DNA of 64,000 nucleotides from Heptranchias perlo (lineage: Eukaryota). Positions within the stretch are counted from its first letter, which is position 1, and each line of letters begins with the position of its first letter. Made by a program: the position numbers and the translations under genes. Below the pieces are notes generated by a model. The model saw only the letters and a program-made list of their open reading frames with translations, ran no database searches and was not told the origin of the DNA. The stretch covers positions 62,001 to 126,000 of the forward strand of contig NW_027139573.1 of the NCBI RefSeq assembly GCF_035084215.1, read 5' to 3'. This document shows, one piece after another, positions 25,801-39,490 of the stretch.

Positions 25801-28800
25801 CTCTCGGTAAACACCGATAGATTGACCAAAATCCCCTCTCTCCTGGTAAACACCGATAGATTTACCCCAATCCCCTATCTCCTGGTAAACACCGATAGAT
25901 TTACCCGAATCCCCTCTCTCGGTAAACACCGATAGATTTACCCGAATCCCCTCTCTCGGTAAACACCGATAGATTTACCCCAATCCCCTCTCTCGGTAAG
26001 CACCGGTAGATTTACCCCAATCCCCTCCCTCGGTAAACACCGATAGATTTACCCCAATCCCCTCTCTCGGTAAACATTGATAGATTTACCCTAATCCCCT
26101 CTCTCGGTAAACACCGATAGATTGACCCTAATCCCCTCTCTCGGTAAACACCGATAGATTTACCCTAATCCCCTCTCTCCTGTTAAACACCGATAGATTT
26201 ACCCCAATCCCCTCTCTCGGTAAACATTGATAGATTTACCCTAATCCCCTCTCTCGGTAAACACCGATAGATTGACCCTAATCCCCTCTCTCGGTAAACA
26301 CCGATAGATTTACCCTAATCCCCTCTCTCCTGTTAAACACCGATAGATTGACCCTAATCCCCTCTATCGGTAAACACCGATAGATTTACCCCAATCCCCT
26401 CTCTCGGTAAACACTGATAGATTTACCCTAATCCCCTCTCTCCTGGTAAACACCGATAGATTTACCCTAATCCCCTCTCTCCTGGTGAACACCGATAGAT
26501 TTACCCTAATCCCCTCTCTCGGTGAACACCGATATATTTACCCTAATCCCCTCTCTCGGTAAACACCGATAGATTTACCGTAATCCCCTCTCTCGGTAAA
26601 CACCGACAGATTTACCCTAATCCCCTCTCTCGGTGAACACCGATAGATTTACCCTAATCCCCTCTCTCGGTAAACACCGATAGATTTACCCTAATCCCCT
26701 CTCCTGGTAAACACCGATAGATTTACCCTAATCCCCTCTCTCGGTAAAGATCGATAGATTTACCCTAATCCCCTCTCCGGGTAAACACCGATAGATTTAC
26801 CCTAATCCCCTCTCTCGGTAAACACCGATAGATTTACCCTAATCCCCTCTCTCGGTAAACACTGATAGATTTACCCTAATCCCCTCTCTCAGTAAACATC
26901 GATAGATTTACCCTTATCCCCTCTCCTGGTAAACACCGATAGATTTACCCTAATCCCCTCTCTCGGTAAACATCGATAGATTTACCCTAATCCCCTCTCC
27001 TGGTAAACACCGATAGATTTACCCTAATCCCCTCTCTCGGTAAACACCGATAGATTTACCCTAATCTCCTCTCTCGGTGAACACCGATAGATTTACCCCA
27101 ATCCCCTCTCTCGGTAAACACCGATAGATTGACCCTAATCCCCTCTCTCGGTGAACACCGATAGATTTACCCTAATCCCCTCTCTCAGTAAATACCGATA
27201 GATTTACCCTAATCCCCTCTCTCGGTAAACACCGATAGATTTACCCTAATCCCCTCTCTCGGTGAACACTGATAGATTTACCCTAATCCCCTCTCTCGGT
27301 AAACACCGATAGATTTACCCTAATCCCCTCTCTCGGTAAACACCGATAGATTTACGCTAATCCCCTCTCTCCTGGTAAACACCGATAGATTTACCCCAAT
27401 CCCCTCTCTCGGTAAACACCGATAGATTTACCCTAATCCCCTCTCTCCTGGTAAACACCGATAGATTTACCCTAATCCCCTCTCTCGGTAAACACCAATA
27501 GATTTACCCTAATCCCCTCTCTCGGTAAACACCGATAGATTTACCCTAATCCCCTCTCTCGGTAAACACCGATAGATTCTAATCCCCTCTCTCGGTAAAC
27601 ACCGATAGATTTACCCCAATCCCCTCTCTCCTGGTAAACACCGATAGATTTACCCTAATCCCCTCTCTCGGTAAACACCGATAGATTTACCCGAATCCCC
27701 TCTCTCGGTAAACACCGATGGATTTACCCCAATCCCCTCTCTCGGTAAGCACCGGTAGATTTACCCCAATCCCCTCCCTCGGTAAACACCGATAGATTTA
27801 CCCCAATCCCCTCTCTCGGTAAACATTGATAGATTTACCCTAATCCCCTCTCTCGGTAAACACCGATAGATTGACCCTAATCCCCTCTCTCGGTAAACAC
27901 CGATAGATTTACCCTAATCCCCTCTCTCCTGTTAAACACCGATAGATTTACCCCAATCCCCTCTCGGTAAACATTGATAGATTTACCCTAATCCCCTCTC
28001 TCGGTAAACACCGATAGATTGACCCTAATCCCCTCTCTCGGTAAACACCGATAGATTTAACCTAATCCCCTCTCTCCTGTTAAACACCGATAGATTGACC
28101 CTAATCCCCTCTATCGGTAAACACCGATAGATTTACCCCAATCCCCTCTCTCGGTAAACACTGATAGATTTACCCTAATCCCCTCTCTCCTGGTAAACAC
28201 CGATAGATTTACCCTAATCCCCTCTCTCCTGGTGAACACCGATAGATTTACCCTAATCCCCTCTCTCGGTGAACACCGATAGATTTACCCTAATCCCCTC
28301 TCTCGGTAAACACCGATAGATTTACCGTAATCCCCTCTCTCGGTAAACACCGACAGATTTACCCTAATCCCCTCTCTCGGTGAACACCGATAGATTTACC
28401 CTAATCCCCTCTCTCGGTAAACACCGATAGATTTACCCTAATCCCCTCTCCTGGTAAACACCGATAGATTTACCCTAATCCCCTCTCTCGGTAAAGATCG
28501 ATAGATTTACCCTAATCCCCTCTCCGGGTAAACACCGATAGATTTACCCTAATCCCCTCTCTCGGTAAACACCGATAGATTTACCCTAATCCCCTCTCTC
28601 GGTAAACACTGATAGATTTACCCTAATCCCCTCTCTCAGTAAACATCGATAGATTTACCCTAATCCCCTCTCCTGGTAAACACCGATAGATTTACCCTAA
28701 TCCCCTCTCTCGGTAAACATCGATAGATTTACCCTAATCCCCTCTCCTGGTAAACACCGATAGATTTACCCTAATCCCCTCTCTCGGTAAACACCGATAG

Positions 28801-31800
28801 ATTTACCCTAATCTCCTCTCTCGGTGAACACCGATAGATTTACCCCAATCCCCTCTCTCGGTAAACACCGATAGATTGACCCTAATCCCCTCTCTCGGTG
28901 AACACCGATAGATTTACCCTAATCCCCTCTCTCAGTAAATACCGATAGATTTACCCTAATCCCCTCTCTCGGTAAACACCGATAGATTTACCCTAATCCC
29001 CTCTCTCGGTGAACACTGATAGATTTACCCTAATCCCCTCTCTCGGTAAACACCGATAGATTTACGCTAATCCCCTCTCTCCTGGTAAACACCGATAGAT
29101 TTACCCCAATCCCCTCTCTCGGTAAACACCGATAGATTTACCCTAATCCCCTCTCTCCTGGTAAACACCGATAGATTTACCCTAATCCCCTCTCTCGGTA
29201 AACACCAATAGATTTACCCTAATCCCCTCTCTCGGTGTACACCGATAGATTTACTCTAATCCCCTCTCTCAGTAAACACCGATAGATTTACCCCAATCCC
29301 CTCTCTCGGTAAACACCGATAGATTTACCCTAATCCCCTCTCTCCTGGTAAACACCGATAGATTTACCCTAATCCCCTCTCTCGGTAAACACCGATAGAT
29401 TTACCCGAATCCCCTCTCTCGGTAAACACCGATAGATTTACACTAATCCCCTCTCTCCTGGTGAACACCGATAGATTTACCCTAATCCCCTCTCTCGGTG
29501 AACACCGATAGATTTACCCTAATCCCCTCTCTCGGTGAACACCGATAGATTTACCCTAATCCCCTCTCTCAGTAAACACCGATTGATTTACCCTAATCCC
29601 CTCTCTCCTGGTGAACACCGATAGATTTACCCCAATCCCCTCTCTCCTGGTGAACACCGATAGATTTACCCTAATCCCCTTTCCTGGTAAACACCGATAG
29701 ATTTACCCTAATCCACTCTCTCGGTGAACACCATTAGATTTACCCTAATCCCCTCTCTCGGTAAACACCAAAGGATTTACCCTAATCCCCTCTCTCGCTG
29801 AACACCGATAGATTTACCCTAATCCCCTCTCTCAGTAAACACCGATAGATTTACCCTAATCCCCTCTCTCGGTGAACACCGATAGATTGACCCTAATCCC
29901 CTCTCTCGGTGAACACCGATAGATTGACCCTAATCCCCTCTCTCGGTGAACACCGATAGATTTACCCTAATCCCCTCTCTCGGTGAACACTGATAGATTT
30001 ACCCTAATCCCCTCTCTCGGTGAACACCGATAGATTTACCCTAATCCCCTCTCTCGGTGAACACCGATAGAGTTACCCTAATCCCCTCTCTCGGTGAACA
30101 CCGATAGATTTACCTTATCCCCTCTCTCGGTAAACACCGATAGATTTAACCTAATCCCCTCTCTCAGTGAACACCGATAGATTTACCCTAATCCCCTCTC
30201 TCAGTGAACACCGATAGATTTACCCCAATCCCCTCTCTCGGTGAACACCGATAGATTTACCCTAATCCCCTCTCTCGGTAAACACTGATAGTTTTACCCT
30301 AATCCCCTCTCTTGGTAAACACTGATAGATTTACCCTAATCCCCTCTCTCGGTGAACACCGGTAGATTTACCCCAATCCCCTCTCTCGGTAAACACTGAT
30401 AGATTTACGCCATTCCCCTCTCTCGGTAAACATTGATAGATTTACCCTAATCCCCTCTCTCGGTAAACACCGATAGATTGACCCAAATCCCCTCTCTCCT
30501 GGTAAACACTGATAGATTTACCCCAATCCCCTCTCTCCTGGTAAACACCGATAGATTTACCCTAATCCCCTCTCTCGGTAAACACCGATAGATTTAACCG
30601 AATCCCCTCTCTCGGTAAACACCGATAGATTTACCCTAATCCCCTCTCTCCTGGTAAACACCGATAGATTTACCCCAATCCCCTCTCTCGGTAAACACCG
30701 ATAGATTTACCCCAATCCCCTCTCTCGGTAAACACCGATAGATTTACCCTAATCCCCTCTCTCCTGGTGAACACCGATAGATTTACCCTAATCCCCTCTC
30801 TCGGTGAACACCGATAGATTTACCGTAATCCCCTCTCTCGGTAAACACCGACAGATTTACCCGAATCCCCTCTCTCGGTGAACACCGATAGATTTACCCT
30901 AATCCCCTCTCTCCTGGTAAACACCGATAGATTTATCCTAATCCCCTCTCTCGGTAAACACCGATAGATTTACCCTAATCCCCTCTCCTGGTAAACACCG
31001 ATAGATTTACCCTAATCCCCTCTCTCGGTAAACACCGATAGATTTACCCTAATCCCCTCTCCTGGTAAACACCGATAGATTTACCCTAATCCCCTCTCTC
31101 GGTAAACACCGATAGATTTACCCTAATCCCCTCTCTCGGTAAACACCGATAGATTTACCCCAATCCCCTCTCTCGGTAAACACCGATAGATTTACCCTAA
31201 TCCCCTCTCTCGGTAAACACCGATAGATTTACCCCAATCCCCTCTCTCGGTGAACACCGATAGATTTACCCCAATCCCCTCTCTCGGTAAACACCGATAG
31301 ATTTACCCTAATCCCCTCTCTCGGTGAACACCGATAGATTTACCCTAATCCCCTCTCTCAGTAAACACCGATAGATTTACCCTAATCCCCTCTCTCGGTA
31401 AACACCGATAGATTTACCCTAACCCCCTCTCTCGGTGAACACTGATAGATTTACCCTAATCCCCTCTCTCAGTAAACACCGATAGATTTACCCTAATCCC
31501 CTCTCTCGGTAAACACCGATAGATTTACCCTCATCCCCTCTCTCCTGGTAAACACCGATAGATTAACCCCAATCCCCTCTCTCGGTAAACACCAATAGAT
31601 TTACCCTAATCCCCTCTCTCCTGGTAAACACCGATAATTTACCCTAATCCCCTCTCTCGGTAAACACCGATAGATTTACCCTAATCCCCTCTCTCGGTAA
31701 ACACCGATAGATTCTAATCCCCTCGCTCGGTAAACACCGATAGATTTACCCTAATCCCCTCTCTCGGTAAACACCGATAGATTCTAATCCCCTCTCTCGG

Positions 31801-33197
31801 TAAACACCGATAGATTTACCCCAATCCCCTCTCTCGGTAAACACCGATAGATTTACCCTAATCCCCTCTCTCCTGGTAAACACCGATAGATTTACCCTAA
31901 TCCCCTCTCTCGGTAAACACCGATAGATTTACCCTAATCCCCTCTCTCGGTAAACACCGATAGATTCTAATCCCCTCTCTCGGTAAACACCGATAGATTT
32001 ACACTAATCCCCTCTCTCCTGGTGAACACCGATAGATTTACCCTCATCCCCTCTCTCGGTAAACACCGATAGATTTACCCTAATCCCCTCTCTCGGTGAA
32101 CACCGATAGATTTACCCTAATCCCCTCTCTCGGTGAACACCGATAGATTTACCCTAATCCCCTCTCTCAGTAAACACCGATTGATTTACCCTAATACCCT
32201 CTCTCCTGGTGAACACCGATAGATTTACCCCAATCCCCTCTCTCCTGGTGAACACCGATAGATTTACCCTAATCCCCTCTCCTGGTAAACACCGATAGAT
32301 TTACCCTAATCCACTCTCTCGGTGAACACCATTAGATTTACCCTAATCCCCTCTCTCGGTAAACGCCAATAGATTTACCCTAATCCCCTCTCTCGCTGAA
32401 CACCGATAGATTTACCCTAATCCCCTCTCTCGGTGAACACCGATAGATTTACCCTAATCCCCTCTCCTGGTAAACACCGATAGATTTACCCTAATCCACT
32501 CTCTCGGTAAACACCAATAGATTTACCCTAATCCCCTCTCTCGCTGAACACCGATAGATTTACCCTAATCCCCTCTCTCCTGTTAAACACCGATAGATTT
32601 ACCCTAATCCCCTCTCTCGCTGAACACCGATAGATTTACCCTAATCCCCTCTCTCGGTGAACACCGATAGATTTACCCTAATCCCCTCTCTCGGTGAACA
32701 CCGATAGATTTACCCTAATCCCCTCTCTCGGTGAACACCGATAGATTTACACTAATCCCCTCTCTCCTGGTAAACACCAATAGATTTACCCTAATCCCCT
32801 CTCTCGGTGAACACCGATAGATTGACCCTAATCCCCTCTCTCGGTGAACACCGATAGATTTACCCTAATCCCCTCTCTCGGTGAACACCGATAGATTTAC
32901 CCTAATCCCCTCTCTCGGTGAACACCGATAGATTTACCCTAATCCCCTCTCTCGGTGAACACCGATAGAGTTACCCTAATCCCCTCTCTCGGTAAACACC
33001 GATAGATTTACCCTAATCCCCTCTCTCGGTAAACACCGATAGATTTACCCTGATCCCCTCTCTCGGTGAACACCGATAGATTTACCCCAATCCCCTCTCT
33101 CGGTGAACACCGAAAGATTTACCCTAATCCCCTCTCTCGGTGAACACCGATAGATTTACCCTAATCCCCTCTCTCGGTGAACACCGATAGATTTACC
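19896..33197. repeat. 37-bp tandem array B (with 39-bp and shorter variants), ~350 copies
   Basis: Unit ggtaaacaccgatagatttaccctaatcccctctctc; shares its first 17 nt with array A. Confidence 0.97.
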
Positions 33198-33474
33198 ATG
33201 TGAGGTTTGATGTTATCTCTGTTGTCTGCAGCTGTTCTGATGACACAGTGAGTTTATGAAATAGGTGGTTGAGCCCCAGAGGAAGATTGCAGGTTCCATC
33301 CTTGGTCTGTTTTAATCAGCTGGTCATCCCCATACCTATTACTGAGGAGTCAGGGCCGTCTGGGGCAGCCCCATTAGCAATGGGAAGGACTGCGAGCAGT
33401 CTCTGGATTTCTCCCTACGCCCTGCAATATGGTATTCACTTCATGAACCTCAGACAGTTGAAAGGCTGAGTGGA

Positions 33475-33545
33475 CGTTGTTGGGATTCAAACCTGGGACC
33501 CTTAACCCCTTCGTCCAGCTCTCAACCAGCTGAGCTACCCAACGC
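33475..33545 (-). mobile_element. tRNA-derived SINE head / degenerate tRNA-like sequence
   Basis: Minus strand has an A box TAGCTCAGCTGG and a B box GGTTTGAATCCC; no clean cloverleaf. Confidence 0.55.
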
Positions 33546-33959
33546 TCTGAAGGAACGTAGACCTGTTGAGCTGAGATTATCGGGGCCCTGGGCCACTGGC
33601 AGAGCCTTGCACACAGTGTGTGGATCATCGGAGGTGTCCACAATTCTTGGTCCATTGCCATTAATGAATGGAAAATCACGGGCAGTGGGCCGACTATTTA
33701 CTGCTAAACTGCCCTCTGGGGGTGAGGTCCCATCGCTGGAGCAGGGAGTCCGAAAATACCACCGCCCCCACCCCCCTTCAATGCCGCAACCAACTGGAGA
33801 GACATGCACAAGGATCAAACTTCGATAAACTCTGCACACGGAGACTCATTTGTATTTTTATTATAAAGCCGGACATGATCTCCTTTAAGGATGAAGTGAA
33901 ATCATTCATTCAATGTGTATCTAATACGTGAGGTCATTACAGTGAACATAAAAACAAGT

Positions 33960-34468
33960 CTCCCACTCTGACCCGACTGAGTCCCACTCCCCACTCTGAC
34001 CCGACTGAGCCCCACTCCCCACTCTGACCCGACTGAGTCCCACTCCCCACTCTGACCCGACTGAGCCCCACTCCCCACTCTGACCCGACAGAGCCCCACT
34101 CCCCACTCTGACCCGACAGAGCCCCACTCCCCACTCTGACCCGACAGAGCCCCACTCCCCACTCTGACCCGACTGAATCCCACTCCCCACTCTGACCCGA
34201 CTGAGTCCCACTCCCCACTCTGACCCGACTGAGTCCCACTCCCCACTCTGACCCGACAGAGCCCCACTCCCCACTCTGACCCGACTGAGCCCCACTCCCC
34301 ACTCTGACCCGACTGAATCCCACTCCCCACTCTAACCCGACTGAGGCCCACTCCCCACTCTGACCCGACTGAGCCCCACTCCCCACTCAGACCCGACTGA
34401 ATCCCACTCCCCACTCAGACCCGACTGAATCCCACTCCCCACTCTGACCCGACTGAGGCCCACTCCCC
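33960..34468. repeat. Minisatellite, 29-bp unit, ~17 copies
   Basis: Unit cccactctgacccgactgagtcccactcc. Confidence 0.94.
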
Positions 34469-35262
34469 AATTAATTCCTATCCCCTATGGACCCACAAAT
34501 AACAAGAATTGCTTGAGACGGCCCTAAACTCTCCTCACATGAAACCTTTATCGACCTTTCATCTGGGTTTTATTTGAACTCAGGTGAAAGACAGATTTTC
34601 TTCTAAACCTCCCCAGTTTAGTAATAGAAGAATCTTTCTGTAACTTTACACACAGAGGAAAATATTCCCCAATTGATGTGATTTTCTTTGTGGATCCTCT
34701 ATCTCCTGTGGCATTTCTCGCCTGGGCCAAGTTAGCTGACCTGAGCACCAATCATTCTCGGCTCTCCCTGGGCTGGGGGTGAGTCAGACTCTGAGCTATG
34801 GTTCCTGGTCCTGATCCCTCGCCCGTGTGGGAATCCGGTGGGGCCCGGGTCAGGCTGAGCTGTGATGCCTTCCACAGTCGAATAATAGCTTGCCAGCAGT
34901 CCCCGTGCAGGCTGATATATGAAGGTCGGCCGTGTGGGAAAGATACTGAAGGTACTCGGGCTCTATTGGAATCAGATCAGAGCAAGGTATCAATACCCCT
35001 GTGTCGAGAGAAGGGGAAATGTTGATAAAGGTGAACGATTCCCCTGCGGGATTGTGGAGGGGGCGAGTCAGAGGATATACTGTTTCGTAAAGAGGGGTGT
35101 TATCGGCAAGATATGAGGGGGGAACGTGTCCCCAGAAGGAATTGTGTACTGTATGCAAAGCCGATAACACCTTCTCGATATATCACCTTGGATTTCAGTA
35201 TTTTCATGTTCCAGTTATAATTGTCGAATGTTTATAACGTTCTCCCTGTCTATTATTAAAAG

Positions 35263-35793
35263 TGCTGGCTCTGATCACTCTCGATCCCAGAACCGGGCAG
35301 TCCAGGCTTGTAGTACCTGAGGACCTGACCATGGTGGACGCCAATGATCTGAGCCAATAACCTAAACAACGTCTGCCAGGGGTATGAGCAGTGCACCTGC
35401 GTTCTGAGCAGCCAGGGATTCACCTCAGGGAATCACTACTGGGAGATGGAGGCGGCCAACAAGACCGACTGGGACTTGGGACTGGCCCAGGAGACGGCCA
35501 ACAGGAAGGGGCAGATCACGCTGACCCTCGATTGGGTAGTGGACCATCTGTCAGAGGTACGAGCACATCTAAGGGGCTCTGACCTCACCCTCCACTGTCC
35601 TCAAACTAACAACCAAGCCCAGGAAGATCAGGGTCTATGAGGGAGGACAGGTGTCCTTTTACAATGCTGATGACATGTTCCATCTCTGCACTTTTTCACT
35701 CACACGTTCAAAGACAAACTGTTCCCTTTCTTTAATCCTTGGTTGAACAAAAGTAGGAGAAACACGGAACCTCTTTTAAACGGCGTCATTTGA
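35263..35793 (+). pseudogene. TRIM paralogue B30.2/PRY-SPRY exon, disabled
   Basis: ITLDPRT.., [70 protein letters not shown]. In-frame TAA at 35358, several frameshifts and loss of YLD; phase-compatible with the donor at 13700. Confidence 0.92.
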
Positions 35794-36344
35794 AACTGTA
35801 ATGAGTTAACGGGGCCGAATTCTCCTGGAGAGGTAACGGGGGGCTCACGACACACGTCGTTATTAATGCACAAATCGGCCAGCAAGGTCAGGGGATTAAG
35901 AGACACACCGTGAGATGCAAATCTCCGGAATTTGCTGGTCGATTTACGCCGTTCCACCATTTGCTTCTCACGACCTCAACCTCCGTTATTTTTAAGAACT
36001 TGCTGGATTTGCACATTAATCGCCCGTTAAACTCGCCTCAAAGTCAGGGCTGGAACTTAACATCGTAAATACCCTCTTAACAATGTGATAATTGTTAATG
36101 CTAATCAATCTCTCCAGCCCAGAAAGGGGACGATTTAAACAAGTGAATCTCACCCGGCAGGTAGTAAATTCTTCTTCGAGATTTTTAAAATTTAAAATTT
36201 TACTTTTTTTACCTTACTTTTCCTTTCTGTCTCTTTTTAATCCAATCTTTTCTTCCCTCTTTATTTCTCTTTCAGTACCTGATTTGACACTAATTCACCC
36301 TCCTTCTCTGTCGTTCCTCTGATTCTTTCTCAATCCAAATTGGA

Positions 36345-36468
36345 CATGAATTTAGATTTGAGGTTAGGATCAGATCAGCCATGATCTTATTGAATGGCGG
36401 AGCAGGCTCGAGGGGCCAATTGGCCTACTCCTGCTCCTATTTCTTATGTTCTTATGTTATGTTCTTAA
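36345..36468 (+). mobile_element. CR1-type 3' tail fragment
   Basis: catgatcttattgaatggcggagcaggctcgagggg..cctactcctgctcc followed by (ttcttatg) repeats; same tail as other CR1 ends in the window. Confidence 0.7.
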
Positions 36469-37383
36469 ATCTCAATGGTTAAGGTGATGGACTTTTGGTC
36501 TCGACGGTCACTGAGGTCCCAGATTCCCCGTTGCCCTCTCCGTGCCCGTTATCAGCTCGCACTTCCAGAAAGTTAACTGTACACGAGGTGATATCCAGTA
36601 TGGGGTTATCGTTAAGTCTTTTCACACTCGGCCTCTGTAACCATCTCCCATCACCATAAGCATCAATTATATGTTGCCCACTTAAACCGTATTAAGTAGG
36701 CCGACCATTTCGGGCAGTTCAAACAGCTGTTCGCACATCTGTAAAGGGCGATCACCTGTCATTATGTCCTTCCAGGCAGCCCCCGCTGCCATCTGTCACC
36801 CCCCCATCCCGCCCCCCTCCATGGCCGCTAGAACTCCTGCGATTACTTCTCACAAATATTGACCTGCTGTGGTGGTGGAGTGGGCCGGAGATGAAACTGG
36901 CCAGGACCGCTGCGTGTTTCAGCCCGAACTCCAGAACCTCTTTAGCAGAACGCTCCCCGTGTCCCCACTCGGAGCAGTAGATACGCAGAGTAAACTCTCA
37001 TCACGAGTAATGAATCTTACATTAATCGGCTACTTTAGAAACTTCACCAGGAAACCCACCCCGGCTGCAATGGCGAGAGTAGAGTAAAGGGTCACACTCA
37101 CAGCATGGCAACGGCCAATCACAAACCAAAAATTGATGCTGTCGCCAGTGTTTAAATCTAAACTTGAGTGAAGTGAGTTTACAAAATATATCTCGAAAAT
37201 ACCAACAGGTTTCAAGAGGCCTGACCCTGATCAGTGTGAGGATACAGCACAAACCCTCGCCATGCTTCCCACCACCTCCAGGGGCTCGGCCATCAGGTCA
37301 CATCGTCCACCGCGAATAGCAGGTGAATCCCCCTCGCACGAACCCGTCTATTATAAGTGGTGGGGACTCGACCACCACCCAAC

Positions 37384-38670
37384 GGTGTCAGCTATGGCTC
37401 AGTGGGCAGCACTCTCCTCTCTCAGTCACAAGGTCATGGGATCAAGTCCCACTTCAGAGACTTGAGCACAAAATCTAGCCTGACACACCGAGTGCAGTAG
37501 TGAGGGAGCTCTGCACTGTCGGAGGGACAGTACTGAGGGAGTGCTGCACAGTCGGAGGGGCAGTACTGAGGGAGTGCTGCACTGTCAGAGGGGCAGTACT
37601 GAGGGAGCGCTGCGCTGTCGGAGGGGCAGTACTGAGGGAGTGATGCGCTGTCGGAGGGGCAGTACTGAGGGAGTGCTGCACTGTCGGAGGGGCAGTACTG
37701 AGGGAGTGCTGCACAGTCGGAGGGCAGTACTGAGGGAGCACTGCGCTGTCAGAGAGGCAGTACTGAGGGAGCGCTGCGCTGTCGGAGGGACAGTACTGAG
37801 GGAGTGCTGCACTGTCGGAGGGGCAGTACTGAGGGAGTGCTGCACAGTCGGAGGGCAGTACTGAGGGAGCACTGCGCTGTCAGAGAGGCAGTACTGAGGG
37901 AGCGCTGCGCTGTCGGAGGGACAGTACTGAGGGAGTGCTGCACAGTCAGAGGGGCAGTACTGAGAGAGTGCTGCACTGTCGGACGGTCAGGACTGAGGGA
38001 GCGCTGCATTGTCGGAGGGGCAGTACTGAGAGAGTGCTGCACAGTCGGAGGGGCAGTACTGAGAGAGTGCTGCACAGTCGGAGGGCAGTACTGAGGGAGT
38101 GCTGCACAGTCGGAGGGCAGTACTGAGAGAGTGCTGCACTGTCGGACGGTCAGTACTGAGAGAGTGCTGCACTGTCGGACGGTCAGTACTGAGGGAGCGC
38201 TGCACTGTCGGAGGGTCAGTACTGAGGGAGCGCTGCACTGTCGGAGGGGCAGTACTGAGGGAGTGCTGCACTGTCAGAGGGTCAGTACTGAGGGAGTGCT
38301 GTACTATCTCAGGGACAGTACTGAGGGAGTGCTGCACTGACGGGGTGCCATCTTTCGGATGAGATGTTAAACCGAGGCCCTGTCTAACCTCTCTGGCAGA
38401 CGTAAAAGATCCCATAGCACTATTTCGAAGAAGAGCAGGGGAGTTCTCCCTGGTGTCCTGGCCAATATTTATCCCTCAACCAACATCACTGAAAAACAGA
38501 TGATCTGCTCATTATCACGTTGCTGTTTGTGGGATCTTGCTGAGTGTAAATCGGCTGCCATGTTTACTACATGACAACAGTGACAACACTTCAAAAGTAC
38601 TTCATTGGCTGTAAAGGTTTGGGACGACCTATGGTCGTGAAAGGCGCTATATAAATGCAAGTACTTTCTT
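37384..38670 (+). mobile_element. tRNA-headed Deu-domain SINE (SacSINE1/AmnSINE-like) with internal 33-bp minisatellite expansion (37495-38340)
   Basis: A box tggctcagtgg, B-box-like gggatcaagtccc, core gtaaaagatcccatagcactatttcgaagaagagcagggg, L2-like tail aggcgctatataaatgcaagt; expanded unit gagggagtgctgcactgtcggaggggcagtact. Confidence 0.8.
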
Positions 38671-38894
38671 TCAATCCAATTGTCCCCTCTCGGTGGGAGC
38701 GAACCTTTGGCTTAACTGTAGAATTCTTGCCCCTGAGTCAGAAAGGGCAGGGTTTGAGCCCCAGTCCCAGCGAGTGGAGACTCACCCTGAATTCTGGGTT
38801 GACATCTAGCAGAATACTTGCCTCTGGTGTGTGGGTGTGGGTTGTGGGAACTTTTGCTGTATAGGACAAACCACAGCTGGTATAAACATGGGTA

Positions 38895-39490
38895 TGGCCA
38901 GGTACACCATGGGCTAGATAGAGTGAATCTCCCTCTACACTGTCCCATCAAACACTCCCAGGGCAGGTACAGCATGGGTTAGATACAGGGTAAAGCTCCC
39001 TCTACACTGTCCCATCAAACACTCCCAGGGCAGGTACAGCACGGGTTAGATACAGAGTAAAGCTCCCTCTACACTGTCCCATCAAACACTCCCAGGGCAG
39101 GTACAGCATGGGTTAGATACAGAGTAAATCTCCCTCTACACTGTCCCATCAAACACTCCCAGGGCAGGTACAGCATAGGTTAGATACAGAGTAAAGCTCC
39201 CTCTACACTGTCCCATCAAACACTCCCAGGGCAGGTACAGCACGGGTTAGATACAGAGTAAAGCTCCCTCTACACTGTCCCATCAAACACTCCCAGGGCA
39301 GATACAGCATGGGTTAGATACAGAGTAAAGCTTCCTCTACACTGTCCCATCAAACACTCCCAGGGCAGGTACAGCACGGGTTAGATGCAGAGTAAATCTC
39401 CCTCTACACTGTCCCATCAAACACTCCCAGGGCAGGTGCAGCATGGATTAGATACAGAGTAAAGCTCCCTCTACACTGTCCCATCAAACA
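38895..39490. repeat. Minisatellite, 67-bp unit, ~9 copies
   Basis: Unit gggcaggtacagcacgggttagatacagagtaaagctccctctacactgtcccatcaaacactccca. Confidence 0.94.

Noticed and set aside
13692-33197. CRISPR array (37-bp repeats with a hairpin)
   Set aside because: Units are head-to-tail with no unique spacers, there are no cas genes, and the context is vertebrate intronic DNA
19896-33197. Interstitial telomere
   Set aside because: Only one CCCTAA per 37-bp unit, never tandem (TTAGGG)n
33475-33545. Functional tRNA gene
   Set aside because: A and B boxes are present but the acceptor and anticodon stems are not convincing; better explained as a SINE head
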